From Candidatus Binatia bacterium (lineage in GTDB: Bacteria; Desulfobacterota; Binatia; HRBIN30): a DNA stretch of 64,000 nt. Every line of letters begins with the position of its first letter. Within the stretch, counting starts at the first letter, position 1. The notes below the pieces were generated by a model, which did not search any database, was not told where the DNA came from, and worked only from the letters and a program-made list of their open reading frames with translations. Shown here piece by piece: positions 50,616 through 63,621 of this stretch. The position numbers and the translations under genes are program-made. The stretch covers positions 37,925 to 101,924 of the forward strand of contig JBBRSP010000019.1 of NCBI GenBank assembly GCA_038245295.1, in the 5' to 3' direction.

Positions 50616-50800
50616 CTCTGTGGAGAATGGTGGAGACAGCGTGGAGAAAATCATCGTCACCGTGGACATCGGCGCCACACCTCCACATTCCTCCCACGCT
50701 CTCCCACACATTTGCAGACGAATAGGCCTGCTGGGATTCGCTTTTCACATTTCCACAGTGCCTACGACTCCTGCTATTTATCTTTATACATAAACCTAAG
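50607..50800. other. Replication origin unwinding region (DnaA boxes, DnaA-trios, AT-rich tract)
   Basis: Several degenerate boxes; tandem cttttcaca-tttccaca (50741-50757), gtgc, then cta-cga-ctc-ctg-cta and an AT-rich tract. Confidence 0.75.
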
Positions 50801-50818
50801 AAGAAGGTGGGGCTGGGC

Positions 50819-51931
50819 ATGGATTTCCAGATTACTCGCGAAGAGCTGTTGCAAGGACTCTATCTCACGCAAGGTATCGTCGAACGGCGAACGACCATTC
50901 CGATCCTGAGCAACGCCTTGATCGAGGCGAGCAGCGATGGCATCGCCATATCGGCAACCGACCAGGAGATTGGCGTTCGAAGGCGGTGCCACGCCAAAGT
51001 GAAGAAGATTGGCTCCCTCACAACAGGAGCACGTAAACTCTACGAGATCGCCCGCGAGTGTCCCGACGGGACGATCACTATCCGCGCGTTGGAAAACAAC
51101 TGGATCGAGGTAGTTGCAGGGAAATCCAGGTTCAAGATTGTTGGGTTGGACGCGGCCGAGTTCCCGCGTATGCCCACTGTCTCCACCGACAAAGACGTGG
51201 ATCAAACGATCATACCGTCGGCCACACTGCGGGAGATGATCGGGCGGACGATCTTTGCCGTGTCGAACGATGATGCACGATTGAATCTCAGCGGGCTTTT
51301 CTTTGAGCGTCCGGAAGCCGGCAAGATTCGTGTTGTATCGACCGACGGGCATCGCCTCAGCATGATCACGCGTTCGGTTGAATCAGCAGTGGTCAGTCCG
51401 GGAATGATCATCCCGCGTAAAGGCGTGAACGAGATCAACAAGATCCTCGAGTCAGGCGACGAACCGGTGACTCTGCAGTTCAGCCCCGGTGTTGTGCACA
51501 TGTCGCGCGGACCGGTTGATCTGTCGATGCGCCTCATCGAAGGGGAGTTTCCCGACTACAAGCAGGTTGTGCCGCAACGTTCGGCGCACCGAATGCTGGC
51601 TAGTGTTGCGGATCTGTTGGCGGCGGTTCGTCGCGTATCGACGGTTTCCAGCGAACGCACGCACGGGATCAAGGTGACTCTCAACGGGTCCCATCTCGAA
51701 CTGTCGTCCGTGAATCCGGATCTCGGGGAGGCCACCGAAGAGATGACGGTTGACTACGATGGGCCGACCCTAGGGATCGGGTTCAATGCAACCTATCTGC
51801 TCGATGTGCTGGGTGTTCTAGGCGATGTTCAGCAGGTCGAAATTGGCCTGAATGACGAGGTTAGTCCCGGTGTTATACGAGCCGAGGGAGACCCCGATTT
51901 CCTCTACGTCGTCATGCCGATGCGGATGTGA
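50819..51931 (+). CDS. dnaN: DNA polymerase III beta clamp
   Basis: TIPILSN, STDGHRL, RLIEGEFPDY, GFNATY, VVMPMR. Confidence 0.98.
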   Translation: MDFQITREELLQGLYLTQGIVERRTTIPILSNALIEASSDGIAISATDQEIGVRRRCHAKVKKIGSLTTGARKLYEIARECPDGTITIRALENNWIEVVAGKSRFKIVGLDAAEFPRMPTVSTDKDVDQTIIPSATLREMIGRTIFAVSNDDARLNLSGLFFERPEAGKIRVVSTDGHRLSMITRSVESAVVSPGMIIPRKGVNEINKILESGDEPVTLQFSPGVVHMSRGPVDLSMRLIEGEFPDYKQVVPQRSAHRMLASVADLLAAVRRVSTVSSERTHGIKVTLNGSHLELSSVNPDLGEATEEMTVDYDGPTLGIGFNATYLLDVLGVLGDVQQVEIGLNDEVSPGVIRAEGDPDFLYVVMPMRM

Positions 51932-52064
51932 GACAGCGATCAAAAATGGTCTGTTCCCGGCCCTTTTCTGGGGTCCAAAACAGGCATCTTTTGGAGCTTT
52001 TTTGCGGCTCCCAACGAGACATCGAGAAAATATCTTAAATAACTAAAAAACAAAGGGAAATTAG

Positions 52065-54584
<2,520 letters not shown>

Positions 54585-54643
54585 GCTCCTCCACCCCCGT
54601 GGTTTCATGGGGGGGATCAGCCGGCGAGGAAGATTGACGGGAA

Positions 54644-57118
54644 ATGGAAACGACGAGCCAAGGTAATCGGGTACCGGTCAATATCGAGGATGAAGTTCGC
54701 CAGTCCTACATGGACTACGCGATGTCGGTCATTATTGGCCGCGCCCTGCCCGACGCGCGTGACGGCCTAAAGCCGGTGCACCGCCGCGTGCTCTACGCCA
54801 TGTACGATCTCGGTAACGACTGGAACCGAGCCTACAAGAAGTCGGCGCGTGTGGTCGGCGACGTCATCGGTAAATACCACCCGCACGGCGACGTTGCCGT
54901 CTACGACACCATCGTTCGCATGGCGCAAGATTTCTCCATGCGGTACCCGCTGGTCGACGGCCAGGGTAACTTTGGTTCAGTCGACGGCGACGCCGCGGCC
55001 GCCATGCGTTACACGGAAATCCGTATGGCGCGGATCGCCAGCGAACTGCTGGCCGATCTCGACAAGGAAACCGTCGACTTCGTTCCCAACTACGACGATA
55101 CGCTGCGCGAGCCCGTGCCCCTTCCGGCTCGTATTCCGAACCTACTGGTCAACGGCTCGTCGGGTATCGCCGTCGGCATGGCGACGAACATTCCGCCACA
55201 CAATCTTACGGAAGTCGTCGATGCGCTGATTGCCCTCGTGAAAGAACCGTCGCTTACGGTCGACGATTTGATGAAGTACGTGCCCGGTCCGGATTTTCCC
55301 ACCGCCGGCTTCATCAACGGCCGCGGGCCCATCCGCGAGGCCTATCGAACCGGCCGTGGGATCTTGCAGATTCGCGCCCGCGCCACGACCGAGCAGAACA
55401 AGAAAACCGGCCGTGAGTCGATCATCGTTCACGAGATTCCCTACCAGGTGAACAAGGCGAAGCTCATCGAGCGCATGGCCGAGCTGGTCAACGACAAGAA
55501 GATCGACGGCATTTCCGATCTCCGCGATGAGTCCGACCGCGACGGCATGCGCATCGTGATCGAGCTCAAGCGCGACGCCAACTCCGAGGTCGTGCTGAAT
55601 CAACTCTACAAGTTGACCCCGATGCAGGATTCGTTCGGCGTCAACATGCTGGCCATCGTCAACAACCGTCCGAAGTTGTTGTCGCTCAAAGATGCTCTTC
55701 AGGTGTTCATCGAGCACCGCAAGGAAGTCGTCACCCGCCGCACCGTCTTCGAACTGCGCAAAGCCGAGGACCGGCTCCATATCCTGGACGGCTTGAAGAT
55801 CGCGCTCGATCATCTCGATGCCGTGATTGCCCTGATCCGTAAGGCTCCCGACCCCGGTACCGCCAAGAGCGAGTTGATGCTGCAGTATCAACTCTCGGAG
55901 CGCCAATCGCAGGCAATCCTCGAAATGCGCTTGCAGCGTCTCACGGGACTGGAGCGCGACAAGATCATCGAGGAACGTGACGAGACATTGCGTCATATCG
56001 AGCGCTTCAAAGCCATCCTCGCCGATCCGAAGCTGGTGTTGGAGATCATCGTCGGCGAGCTCGAGGAAGTGAAGCGTATCCACGGCGACGCGCGGCGCAC
56101 CGAGATCATCGAAGAGACCGGCGACATCTCGATCGAGGACATGATCGTCGACGAGGATATGGCGGTAACGATCTCGCACGAAGGCTACATCAAGCGGAAT
56201 CCGGCGACCGAGTACCGGGCGCAGCGCCGCGGTGGCCGCGGCAAGATCGGCGCAACGACCAAAGAAGCCGACTTTGTCGAGCACCTGTTCGTTGCCTCGA
56301 CCCACTCCTACATCATCTTCTTCACCACCACCGGGCGTAGCTACTGGGTCCGTGTGCACGAGTTGCCGCTGGCTGGTCGTGCCGCGCGCGGCAAGGCGAT
56401 CGTCAATTTACTCGCGCTCAGCGAAGGGGAAAAAATCTCTGCCTTCCTGCCGGTCCGCGAGTTCTCCGAAGGCAAATTCATCTTCTTTGCGACCCGTTTT
56501 GGGACGGTGAAGAAGACCGATCTGATGTTGTACTCCAACCCGCGCCGCGCCGGTCTGATTGCGATTACGATCGACGAGGGTGACGAGGTCATTGGTGTGC
56601 GTCTTACCGACGGCAAGCAGCAGATCATTCTGTCGACACGCGAAGGGCAAGCGATCCGGTTCGACGAAAGCGCCGTGCGTTCGATGGGCCGCAGCGCCGG
56701 TGGCGTGAAGGGCATTTCGTTGCAAGACGGCGACGCCGTGATTGGCGTCGATGTCGTCGACCCACCCGCCAGCCTGCTCGCGGTTGCCGAGCGCGGCTAC
56801 GGCAAGCGCACGGCGATGGACGAGTACCGAAAGACCTCCCGCGGTGGCAAAGGCATCATCACGATGAAGACCACCGAAAAGACCGGCAAGGTCATCGGCG
56901 TACGTATGGTCAAAGACGACGACGACCTGATGCTGGTGACCGACGGTGGCAAAGTCATTCGTACCCCACTCAAGGGCATCTCGATCATCGGCCGGAATAC
57001 CCAGGGCGTACGTCTCATCGATCTCGCCGAAGGCGAGCGCGTCGTCGGTGTCGCCACACTCGCCGAAAAGGACGAGGAAGAAGCGCCGACTCTACCACCG
57101 GTCGAAACTCCCGAGTGA
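54644..57118 (+). CDS. gyrA: DNA gyrase subunit A
   Basis: [21 protein letters not shown], GyrA-box QRRGGRG. Confidence 0.99.
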   Translation: METTSQGNRVPVNIEDEVRQSYMDYAMSVIIGRALPDARDGLKPVHRRVLYAMYDLGNDWNRAYKKSARVVGDVIGKYHPHGDVAVYDTIVRMAQDFSMRYPLVDGQGNFGSVDGDAAAAMRYTEIRMARIASELLADLDKETVDFVPNYDDTLREPVPLPARIPNLLVNGSSGIAVGMATNIPPHNLTEVVDALIALVKEPSLTVDDLMKYVPGPDFPTAGFINGRGPIREAYRTGRGILQIRARATTEQNKKTGRESIIVHEIPYQVNKAKLIERMAELVNDKKIDGISDLRDESDRDGMRIVIELKRDANSEVVLNQLYKLTPMQDSFGVNMLAIVNNRPKLLSLKDALQVFIEHRKEVVTRRTVFELRKAEDRLHILDGLKIALDHLDAVIALIRKAPDPGTAKSELMLQYQLSERQSQAILEMRLQRLTGLERDKIIEERDETLRHIERFKAILADPKLVLEIIVGELEEVKRIHGDARRTEIIEETGDISIEDMIVDEDMAVTISHEGYIKRNPATEYRAQRRGGRGKIGATTKEADFVEHLFVASTHSYIIFFTTTGRSYWVRVHELPLAGRAARGKAIVNLLALSEGEKISAFLPVREFSEGKFIFFATRFGTVKKTDLMLYSNPRRAGLIAITIDEGDEVIGVRLTDGKQQIILSTREGQAIRFDESAVRSMGRSAGGVKGISLQDGDAVIGVDVVDPPASLLAVAERGYGKRTAMDEYRKTSRGGKGIITMKTTEKTGKVIGVRMVKDDDDLMLVTDGGKVIRTPLKGISIIGRNTQGVRLIDLAEGERVVGVATLAEKDEEEAPTLPPVETPE

Positions 57119-57154
57119 GGTCAGAGTCTGGGAGCTGCGGAAGGCCGCTGTTCT

Positions 57155-58390
57155 TCAGAGCGTTAGCTTCAACGTGCGACCGCCTCGCATGACGAGCCGG
57201 ATGTTGTCGGCATTTTGTAGCACCGCCACATCATCGAGAGGCTGACCGTCCACGACGATCAGATCGGCTTGCTTGCCTTCTTCCACGGTGCCGATCTCAT
57301 CGGCTAGGCCGAACAGCTCGGCATTGGTGCGTGTCGCCGATAAGATCGCTTCGTGAGCCCCGAGAACGGTCGCCTTCAGCGACAACTCCATCGCCTTGAA
57401 CGGCTGCATGGACGCCAGGACGTCCGACCCGGAACAGATCTTCAATCCCGCGTCGCGCGCCACCGCCAACGACTGCATGCCGCCGGCTTTTGCTTTGTTG
57501 ATCTTGTCGAGCATGTTCTGTGGCACACCCTGCGCCGCGCCGAAGGCACTGATCAGGTCGTATGTCGTCAGTGTAGGGACGAAGTAGGCACCAGCTTCAC
57601 GCATGCAGGAAGCAGACTCTTCGTTCAGAAAATTGCCGTGCTCGATGCTGCGCACACCGGCACGAACGGCATTCATGATTCCCTGTGGCGTATAAACGTG
57701 CGCCATCGTCATACGCCCGACCGTGCGTGCCTCGTGACAAGCGGCAGCCATCTCCTCGATCGTGAACTGGGTATGCTCGAGCTCGTCGGTGGGCGACATA
57801 CACCCGCCACCTCCCATGATCTTGATGGCGTGCGCGCCTGTACGGAGCATTTGACGCGCCGCCCGCCGCATCTCGTCTGGTGAGTCACAGATCCGCGGCG
57901 TCGCAACCAGGCCGTGGATCCCCTCGATGGGCTCATCGTCGTTGTGTGGCTCGCGCCAATCGCCGTGGCCACCGGTTTGCGACAGGCAAGAGCCGCTGAA
58001 CAGGACCCGAGGACCACGCAGCAAGCCTCGATCGATGGCCTGTACGAATCCCCAGTCGAGGCCAAACGCGTCGCGTACGGTCGTAAAACCGGCGTCGAGG
58101 GTCTGCTCGAGAACGTCCTTGATGCGCAGCGCGGTTGTCGCTGCCGACTCGCGCCGCATCTTACCGGGGTCTGTCTCGATGATGGCGGCGTGGACGTGGG
58201 CGTCGGTCAGGCCCGGCATCAGTGTCCTACCGGCACAGTCAATTCTCTCCGCATCCTTGGGGAGTATAGGTTCCGCGCCGCGTACGACGCGCACAATACG
58301 CTCGTCGTCCACAACCACGGTCGAGCCTGACGTCGGCTCGGCGCCCGTACAATCGAGGAGGGAGCAATTTCGGAACACGCGGACTGACAT
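57155..58390 (-). CDS. Amidohydrolase (Xaa-Pro dipeptidase-like)
   Basis: PGLTDAHVH, GFTTVRD, SIEHG, GSD, ADLIVVDG. Confidence 0.9.
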   Translation of the reverse strand: MSVRVFRNCSLLDCTGAEPTSGSTVVVDDERIVRVVRGAEPILPKDAERIDCAGRTLMPGLTDAHVHAAIIETDPGKMRRESAATTALRIKDVLEQTLDAGFTTVRDAFGLDWGFVQAIDRGLLRGPRVLFSGSCLSQTGGHGDWREPHNDDEPIEGIHGLVATPRICDSPDEMRRAARQMLRTGAHAIKIMGGGGCMSPTDELEHTQFTIEEMAAACHEARTVGRMTMAHVYTPQGIMNAVRAGVRSIEHGNFLNEESASCMREAGAYFVPTLTTYDLISAFGAAQGVPQNMLDKINKAKAGGMQSLAVARDAGLKICSGSDVLASMQPFKAMELSLKATVLGAHEAILSATRTNAELFGLADEIGTVEEGKQADLIVVDGQPLDDVAVLQNADNIRLVMRGGRTLKLTL

Positions 58391-58507
58391 CGTAACCTCG
58401 GCCCCTCCCTGTCGAACGACTGCACCGACCTTATTGATCGGCGGGCAGCTTAGTCAACGCGTATTCACCCTGGAACGGCCTGCCGGTGAAGGGTTCGTCC
58501 GCGCGTC

Positions 58508-58921
58508 TCAGCGGCCGATCTTCGCCAGTAAAGCGGCGCGCCTGGTGCCGACATCCGTCAGTGGCATGTGCCGCACCGCGCTTACTTCGTCGCGCGTAAA
58601 CTTTGGGAAATCCCCGGCGCGTGCGTCGAACTCGTGGATCAGCCAGTTCAAGACGGCGGCGGTGCGTGCATCATCGAGCTCCGACTGGACGACTCCGGGA
58701 ACGCGCAGGAGGTAATCCCGTCCGCCTTCGACACGCACCAGATCACCGATGACGCCCCGGAAGTCCGGCGCACCACCGGGCATGCCGCTACCGTCGGGCC
58801 GGTGGCAGCCCTGACAGTTGAGAATGTAGTCGGATCGGGGGTCGGCGTTGGCGATCATGGCGGTGCCGTGCAGAAGAACGAGCCCAAGAAGCACAACCCG
58901 CCATGATCCGATGCGATTCAT
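58508..58921 (-). CDS. Monoheme c-type cytochrome
   Basis: Signal peptide, CQGCH; ATGA overlap with the light-chain gene. Confidence 0.85.
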   Translation of the reverse strand: MNRIGSWRVVLLGLVLLHGTAMIANADPRSDYILNCQGCHRPDGSGMPGGAPDFRGVIGDLVRVEGGRDYLLRVPGVVQSELDDARTAAVLNWLIHEFDARAGDFPKFTRDEVSAVRHMPLTDVGTRRAALLAKIGR

Positions 58922-59460
58922 TCGTCCGTAATCGCTCCCAGCACGATCGCCGTGGAACAATGGTAGACGACGTTGGTCGTGCCGTAGCACCAATTGATGT
59001 CGTTACTGCGCGACGAGGAATAGATCGGTTTGTCGCCTTCGTTGCGGTGGCAGTAGCACAGCCCGCAGACGTGTTTCCCACAGCAATCGTTGTACGAGAT
59101 GATGTAGTTCTTGCCGTCCGCAGGGTTGCGGCACGTGCCGATCCAGGTAACTGGCGATTGCTCGGTCCCCGGCGGACACGACCGCTGCGTGCCGCCGCAG
59201 CAGCTACACAAAAACCCGTCGATGGCGCAGTGGCGCCAATACTCGCAATTCGACGGGTTGCCCGCTGGGGTCGCGATGTCAGGCTCTCCGGAGATCGGAC
59301 CCGGCTTGACGCCAAAGGCTCGCGCGACGGGGAGCAACGGCAGGGCCGCCGAGCCGACCAACAAGCCACCGAGCCGCGCCACGAAACCACGTCGCGACGA
59401 GTGCCTTGCCAACTGCCGCGTCAGACGGGTGAACCAACGGTCAAGCTGCACTGTGGTCAT
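58918..59460 (-). CDS. mauA: TTQ amine dehydrogenase light chain (MauA/AauA)
   Basis: Tat signal SRRGFV; YWRHC, WIGTC, DCCG, NDINWC (two TTQ Trp). Confidence 0.93.
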   Translation of the reverse strand: MTTVQLDRWFTRLTRQLARHSSRRGFVARLGGLLVGSAALPLLPVARAFGVKPGPISGEPDIATPAGNPSNCEYWRHCAIDGFLCSCCGGTQRSCPPGTEQSPVTWIGTCRNPADGKNYIISYNDCCGKHVCGLCYCHRNEGDKPIYSSSRSNDINWCYGTTNVVYHCSTAIVLGAITDE

Positions 59461-59478
59461 GCTTCACTCTCTTTCGCT

Positions 59479-60093
59479 TCAGGCAACCTGGCGCCGCTCG
59501 TTTTCCTGTCTCAGGTATTCCTGCACCGAACCGACGCCGCGCTCCATGGCTTCGAACAGGCTCTCCAGATGTTCGCGCGTATTTACCAGGCCCTTGCCGC
59601 GCACGATGCCCTGGGCGTCGATCAAGACTGCATAGGGTAACTTCGCGACTTGAAACCCGAGTCCAAGCTCGGTGGACAACACGTAGCCGCGTTCTGCCAA
59701 CCGATGGGCGCGCACAAAGTCTTCATGCTCGGCGCGGTCGCCGTCACTGGCCCATAGGACGCGCAACCGCGGACCGCGTTCGCGCGCCACAGCGTCAGTG
59801 ATCGACAGCATTGTCTTGCACACAGGACAGGTGGGCGACACGAACATCAGCAGCGTGTGACGGCTGTCGGAGTCGGGCATGCCGATCCGCTGCAGAGCAC
59901 CGGTCCAATCGGGAAGTTCGAATTGCGGCGCGGCGTCGCCAACGCGTGGCTCTTCGCGGCCAACCAAGGCGCCGACCGGTGCAATGCGTTCGTTGAGGAC
60001 ACCCACCTGGCGCACCAGGGCGACCACCACCGCGGCCAAGACGACTACCAGAACCCACAGCAACAGGTTGGAGATCAACAATGCTTCAAGCAC
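59479..60093 (-). CDS. mauD: Amine dehydrogenase accessory thioredoxin-like protein
   Basis: RQVGVLNERIAPVGAL, CPVC, GLVNTREHLESL. Confidence 0.93.
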   Translation of the reverse strand: MLEALLISNLLLWVLVVVLAAVVVALVRQVGVLNERIAPVGALVGREEPRVGDAAPQFELPDWTGALQRIGMPDSDSRHTLLMFVSPTCPVCKTMLSITDAVARERGPRLRVLWASDGDRAEHEDFVRAHRLAERGYVLSTELGLGFQVAKLPYAVLIDAQGIVRGKGLVNTREHLESLFEAMERGVGSVQEYLRQENERRQVA

Positions 60094-60631
60094 GATGAGC
60101 CCCCACCAGTGGTGGTCGCCGTGGCTGACCCAACAGCCCATCGATCGAAACGTACATCGCAACCAGCACCAGCAGCGCCCCGCCGATGCTCACGGCATCG
60201 ATCCAGCCGAGTTGGCGATCGGTCGAGGGCAGCATGGCGATGGTCGCGAAGACGGCCAGCACGAGATTGCGCGCCACGAGACCGCGATGAATCTCCACCC
60301 GACCCGCTACACCTAAGCAGCCGCAGTCGATGCTGCGTCGTCCACGCTGCAAGTTGATCGCGATGGACGAGGCGTACAACAGGAGCAGCGCCGCCGGCAG
60401 GATCGCCAGAGCTAGCGACATCGGCGCAAGCACGAAGAGAACGATGGAGCCAAGTTCGAGAAGTGTCAGGCTGACGGCAACCGGGTCGACCAGCACTGCC
60501 GGTAACAATTGGTAATCGCCGACGGCGCCGCGAAATGTGTCGAAATCGCGCAGCTTGTGCTGGGCGCTTGCGGCGAAGAGAACGCCGAACGACAAGCGCA
60601 GGATCCAGCTGAAGGCCGGGTCGACCGTCAC
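60086..60631 (-). CDS. mauE: Amine dehydrogenase accessory membrane protein
   Basis: HKLRD, DCGC, RN motifs; GTGA overlap with mauB. Confidence 0.9.
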   Translation of the reverse strand: MTVDPAFSWILRLSFGVLFAASAQHKLRDFDTFRGAVGDYQLLPAVLVDPVAVSLTLLELGSIVLFVLAPMSLALAILPAALLLLYASSIAINLQRGRRSIDCGCLGVAGRVEIHRGLVARNLVLAVFATIAMLPSTDRQLGWIDAVSIGGALLVLVAMYVSIDGLLGQPRRPPLVGAHRA

Positions 60632-61890
60632 GGCGCTGCCTTTGCGCGCCACGGTGCGACCAGAATGTCGCTCGTCCACCCGGTTGGCAGGACCCGCCGA
60701 AGGAACGAACCCGTCGTCGCGTTGTAGACGCCAATCGAGCCGGTGAACTGGGAGGCTGTGAACAGGAGCGGCTGATCGTCTTGTGTAACCTCGACGGCCG
60801 TCACCAAAGCCGGTGCAGCATGGTCCAGCAGCCACGTTGGGATTCTGTTGAAAGGCCAGATCCAGGTCGCGCCAAATTCAATCGGAAAGCCCATGACCGT
60901 GAGGCCTGAGTTGACCAGCTTGATGCGCTGCAGTCGCTTCTGGGTGTTGAGATCGTAAACCCAAACCTCTTCGCCCGGCTCCTTATGCGTGTCACGCGGT
61001 CCGCGATGAACTAGCGAGAACAGGTGTCCGCTTTTCTCGTGCAAGGCCAGATGCTGCAGGCCGCCGATACGCCAATTCTCCTGTCGTTCGCCGTCCGAAA
61101 ACAGAGGCCAGGGCTTGTCGGTTTTGAGCTCGTCGCCGCTGGCATCGACGCCATAGAGCATGCCTTCGAAAGACGCGAAGTACCAACGGTCGCCGCGCCG
61201 TACGGCCTTTTCGGTGATCGGATCGGTTTGAGGATTGAAGAACGGTTTGCTGCGGACTTTGGTGACTTCGTGCCCGGCATCGTCGATGGTGAGAACCAGG
61301 GCTGAACCGTCGCCGCACAACGAGAAGAACCGGCGCGTCCCGGCGGCGTAGACGAGACTACATCCCGGAATCTCGATCTCGCCGACGAACGTACGATTCT
61401 CCATGTCGACGATGCTCAGTGAGGTAGCCGTCGTCCAGTTGAACAGTGCAACGAAGCGCTCATCGTCGGTCAGCGCCGAATGACCGAGGGCGACCGCGCT
61501 GACGGAGCGCTTCGGCGGGACGACAATTTCGGAAACCAGCTTCAGGCTGCCGGCATCATGGATCTCGACCACGTCGGTACGCTCGCCGTGCGTGCGGCGC
61601 GAAAAATAGGTTGCTGGAAGAAAGAACTCATTCCGGCGAGCTGAGTACATGGGCAGGAATGGTCCGTACCCGCCGTTGAGAATCCCCAGGAACTGACCGC
61701 TGTCCAAATCCACCAGGGCGAGGCGCTCCAGAATCAAATCGATGACGCCGGCCCAGTGAGGACTGGCGGGAGGTAGCGCTTCGATCTGGCCAACGGTTTC
61801 CGTGGCAACGTCGGCGTCGACGGGCGAGCTGATAAGAACCCAGCAACCGACGGCGAGCACAGAACAGCAGAAGAAATGAAGGAGACGCAC
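60628..61890 (-). CDS. mauB: TTQ amine dehydrogenase heavy chain (MauB/AauB)
   Basis: RTDVV, IPGCSLVY, SLCGDGS, WRIGGLQ, HKEPGEEVW. Confidence 0.9.
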   Translation of the reverse strand: MRLLHFFCCSVLAVGCWVLISSPVDADVATETVGQIEALPPASPHWAGVIDLILERLALVDLDSGQFLGILNGGYGPFLPMYSARRNEFFLPATYFSRRTHGERTDVVEIHDAGSLKLVSEIVVPPKRSVSAVALGHSALTDDERFVALFNWTTATSLSIVDMENRTFVGEIEIPGCSLVYAAGTRRFFSLCGDGSALVLTIDDAGHEVTKVRSKPFFNPQTDPITEKAVRRGDRWYFASFEGMLYGVDASGDELKTDKPWPLFSDGERQENWRIGGLQHLALHEKSGHLFSLVHRGPRDTHKEPGEEVWVYDLNTQKRLQRIKLVNSGLTVMGFPIEFGATWIWPFNRIPTWLLDHAAPALVTAVEVTQDDQPLLFTASQFTGSIGVYNATTGSFLRRVLPTGWTSDILVAPWRAKAAP

Positions 61891-61949
61891 AATGGCTGCT
61901 TACCAAGCCGTCCCACGGTTCGTCTAGAGAGGCAACCAATCCGGGAGGG

Positions 61950-62271
61950 GGGTCTGTTTGATACCCGAGAGTAGGCAACGTCATCCCGGCGAAAAGAGAC
62001 TGTCGATTTTCCCTGATTCATCATTTGGAACTGCGCAAACACCTCCGGCATCCCGGCGAAAGCCGGTATCTCCCAAGCATTGTTGGCCTTCCACTCGAGA
62101 TCCCAGCTTTCGAGTGTGTCGATTTACTCGAAAACCATATTTGAAACCGAGCAGACCTTTCCGTCATACCGGCGAAAGCCGGTATCTCTCCAGATCTCGA
62201 CGCTTCAAGCACTGGGAGATCCCGGTTTTCACCGGGATGACGTTGCTCCACCTTGGTTTTACGACGGTCTC
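61950..62271. mobile_element. Nested MITE stack: putative type C left end, type A (from 61996, reverse), type B (62112-62271, reverse)
   Basis: TIR-like gggtctgtt / gagactgtcg / gagtgtgtcg...cgacggtctc; each insertion sits at a palindrome loop. Confidence 0.8.
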
Positions 62272-62629
62272 TTTTCCGATGAGACACGTCTTCGGTACGG
62301 CACGCATTTGGAAGGCCAGCGCCACGGATGTTTGGGGTAGGCCATCCGCCGTGGCATCGATCACCGCGTGCCCGCAAGGCGCGCACGGTCGAGGTTGGTT
62401 GTCAGAGGAACGACGAGAGCGGATTGAAGGAGGCGATTCAGCGCTCGCCGCGTTTCAACGACGATCCTCGCGGTCGAGGGCGTCAGTCCACTCGCCAAGA
62501 CCACCGCCCCCGCGTCGTTAGGGCCACCAAATCGCTGCCGAAAACCTCACTCCAAGGCCCAAATCGAGGGCGATTTGAGCGTGGATCTCCATCAGTCTGA
62601 CAGGTCACGATGGTCCGACCCCGCGAGAC

Positions 62630-62935
62630 CCCGCTTCCGTTCAACATCGCTCCCAGCTTGTTCATCGAAACCGTCGTCAAGAACGGTGACGAGCGCCACT
62701 GCGGCCCGATGGGCTGGGGCTTCGAGTCACCGCGGCTCGCGGCTCGGCCTCAGATCAACGCCCGCGGTGAGACGGTAGCGACCAATGGGCTCTTCCGCGA
62801 GGCCTTCCTGCGGCGTCGCTGCCTGGTCGTCGTCGACGCGTTCTACGAGTGGCAGCGCGACGGCAAGGTGAAGCGTCCGTTCGCGATCCGCCTGCGCCTC
62901 CCGGCGGCCGTTCGGTCTGGCCGCGATCTGGATCG
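62630..62935 (+). pseudogene. SOS response-associated peptidase (SRAP/YedK) remnant
   Basis: FNIAPS, INARGETV, RRRCLVVVDAFYEW; no catalytic N-terminal MCGR; RPFGLAAIW continues in another frame. Confidence 0.75.
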
Positions 62936-62983
62936 CACCGCTGGACATCCACCTGAGGCGGGCTGGCGATCCCCGCGCCTGAG

Positions 62984-63191
62984 GAGGGGTCGTAGTAAGA
63001 ACTTTCTCAAGTTTCTTGGAGCGCCCGAGCTGACGGCAGTAGCCCGATTTCAATCGATACCGCAGCCAGAGCGGAGATTGGAAAGACAGCTCTCAGATGA
63101 CTGCGGCGCATCGATGCAGCGAGCAGAGGTGCGCACCGGCCGGGAGCATGGACCGATCGAAGAGTTGAGAAAGTTCTTACTACGACCCTTC
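62984..63191. mobile_element. 208-bp non-autonomous element with 27-bp terminal inverted repeats
   Basis: gaggggtcgtagtaagaactttctcaa vs ttgagaaagttcttactacgacccttc (1 mismatch). Confidence 0.75.
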
Positions 63192-63340
63192 AACCTGGTG
63201 AGGTCGGCGGCGACGATGATGACCGCGTTGCGCGCCCGTGGCACAGACGGGGCCGGGGGCTCGCTGCACGCCACGATCGCGACGGCGCACGCAAGCGCGG
63301 CAGCGGTGGTGAGTGGCTTGCGGCGTATTGTGGGCATCCA
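63192..63340 (-). pseudogene. Truncated lipoprotein N-terminus, possibly a sulfatase
   Basis: MPTIRRK...AIVAC lipobox then ARNAVIIVAAD, cut off by the TIR element. Confidence 0.4.
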
Positions 63341-63621
63341 CTCTTGGGCATCGCTCGCGTTTCTGTGCGACATCTCTTTCATCCACTACTCCTTGCCAGT
63401 CCCCTGGCCCTTTCTGGATGTCTGCTGAAGCCTCCCTCGCATCAATTACGACGCGTACGACGCGGGCTTTTGTTTTTCGTCAATCAAGGACAGCCGCCGT
63501 CGGCGTCGGCACACCACTTCAGGCAAAGTTGTTGACACTCTGTCGCGCCGCGACGTAATCAGTCTCCGGGGGGGGCATTCTGTACGACATGCAGGCATCA
63601 GACCGAAAAGGGGCAATTGAC

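Noticed and set aside
58508..61890. Functional link between the AADH-like enzyme (tryptamine) and the NosL-like cluster
   Set aside because: More than 45 kb apart with core genes between; no sequence evidence
62610..63428. 272-aa ORF as an intact gene
   Set aside because: It is a chimera of a SRAP fragment, the TIR element and antisense sequence
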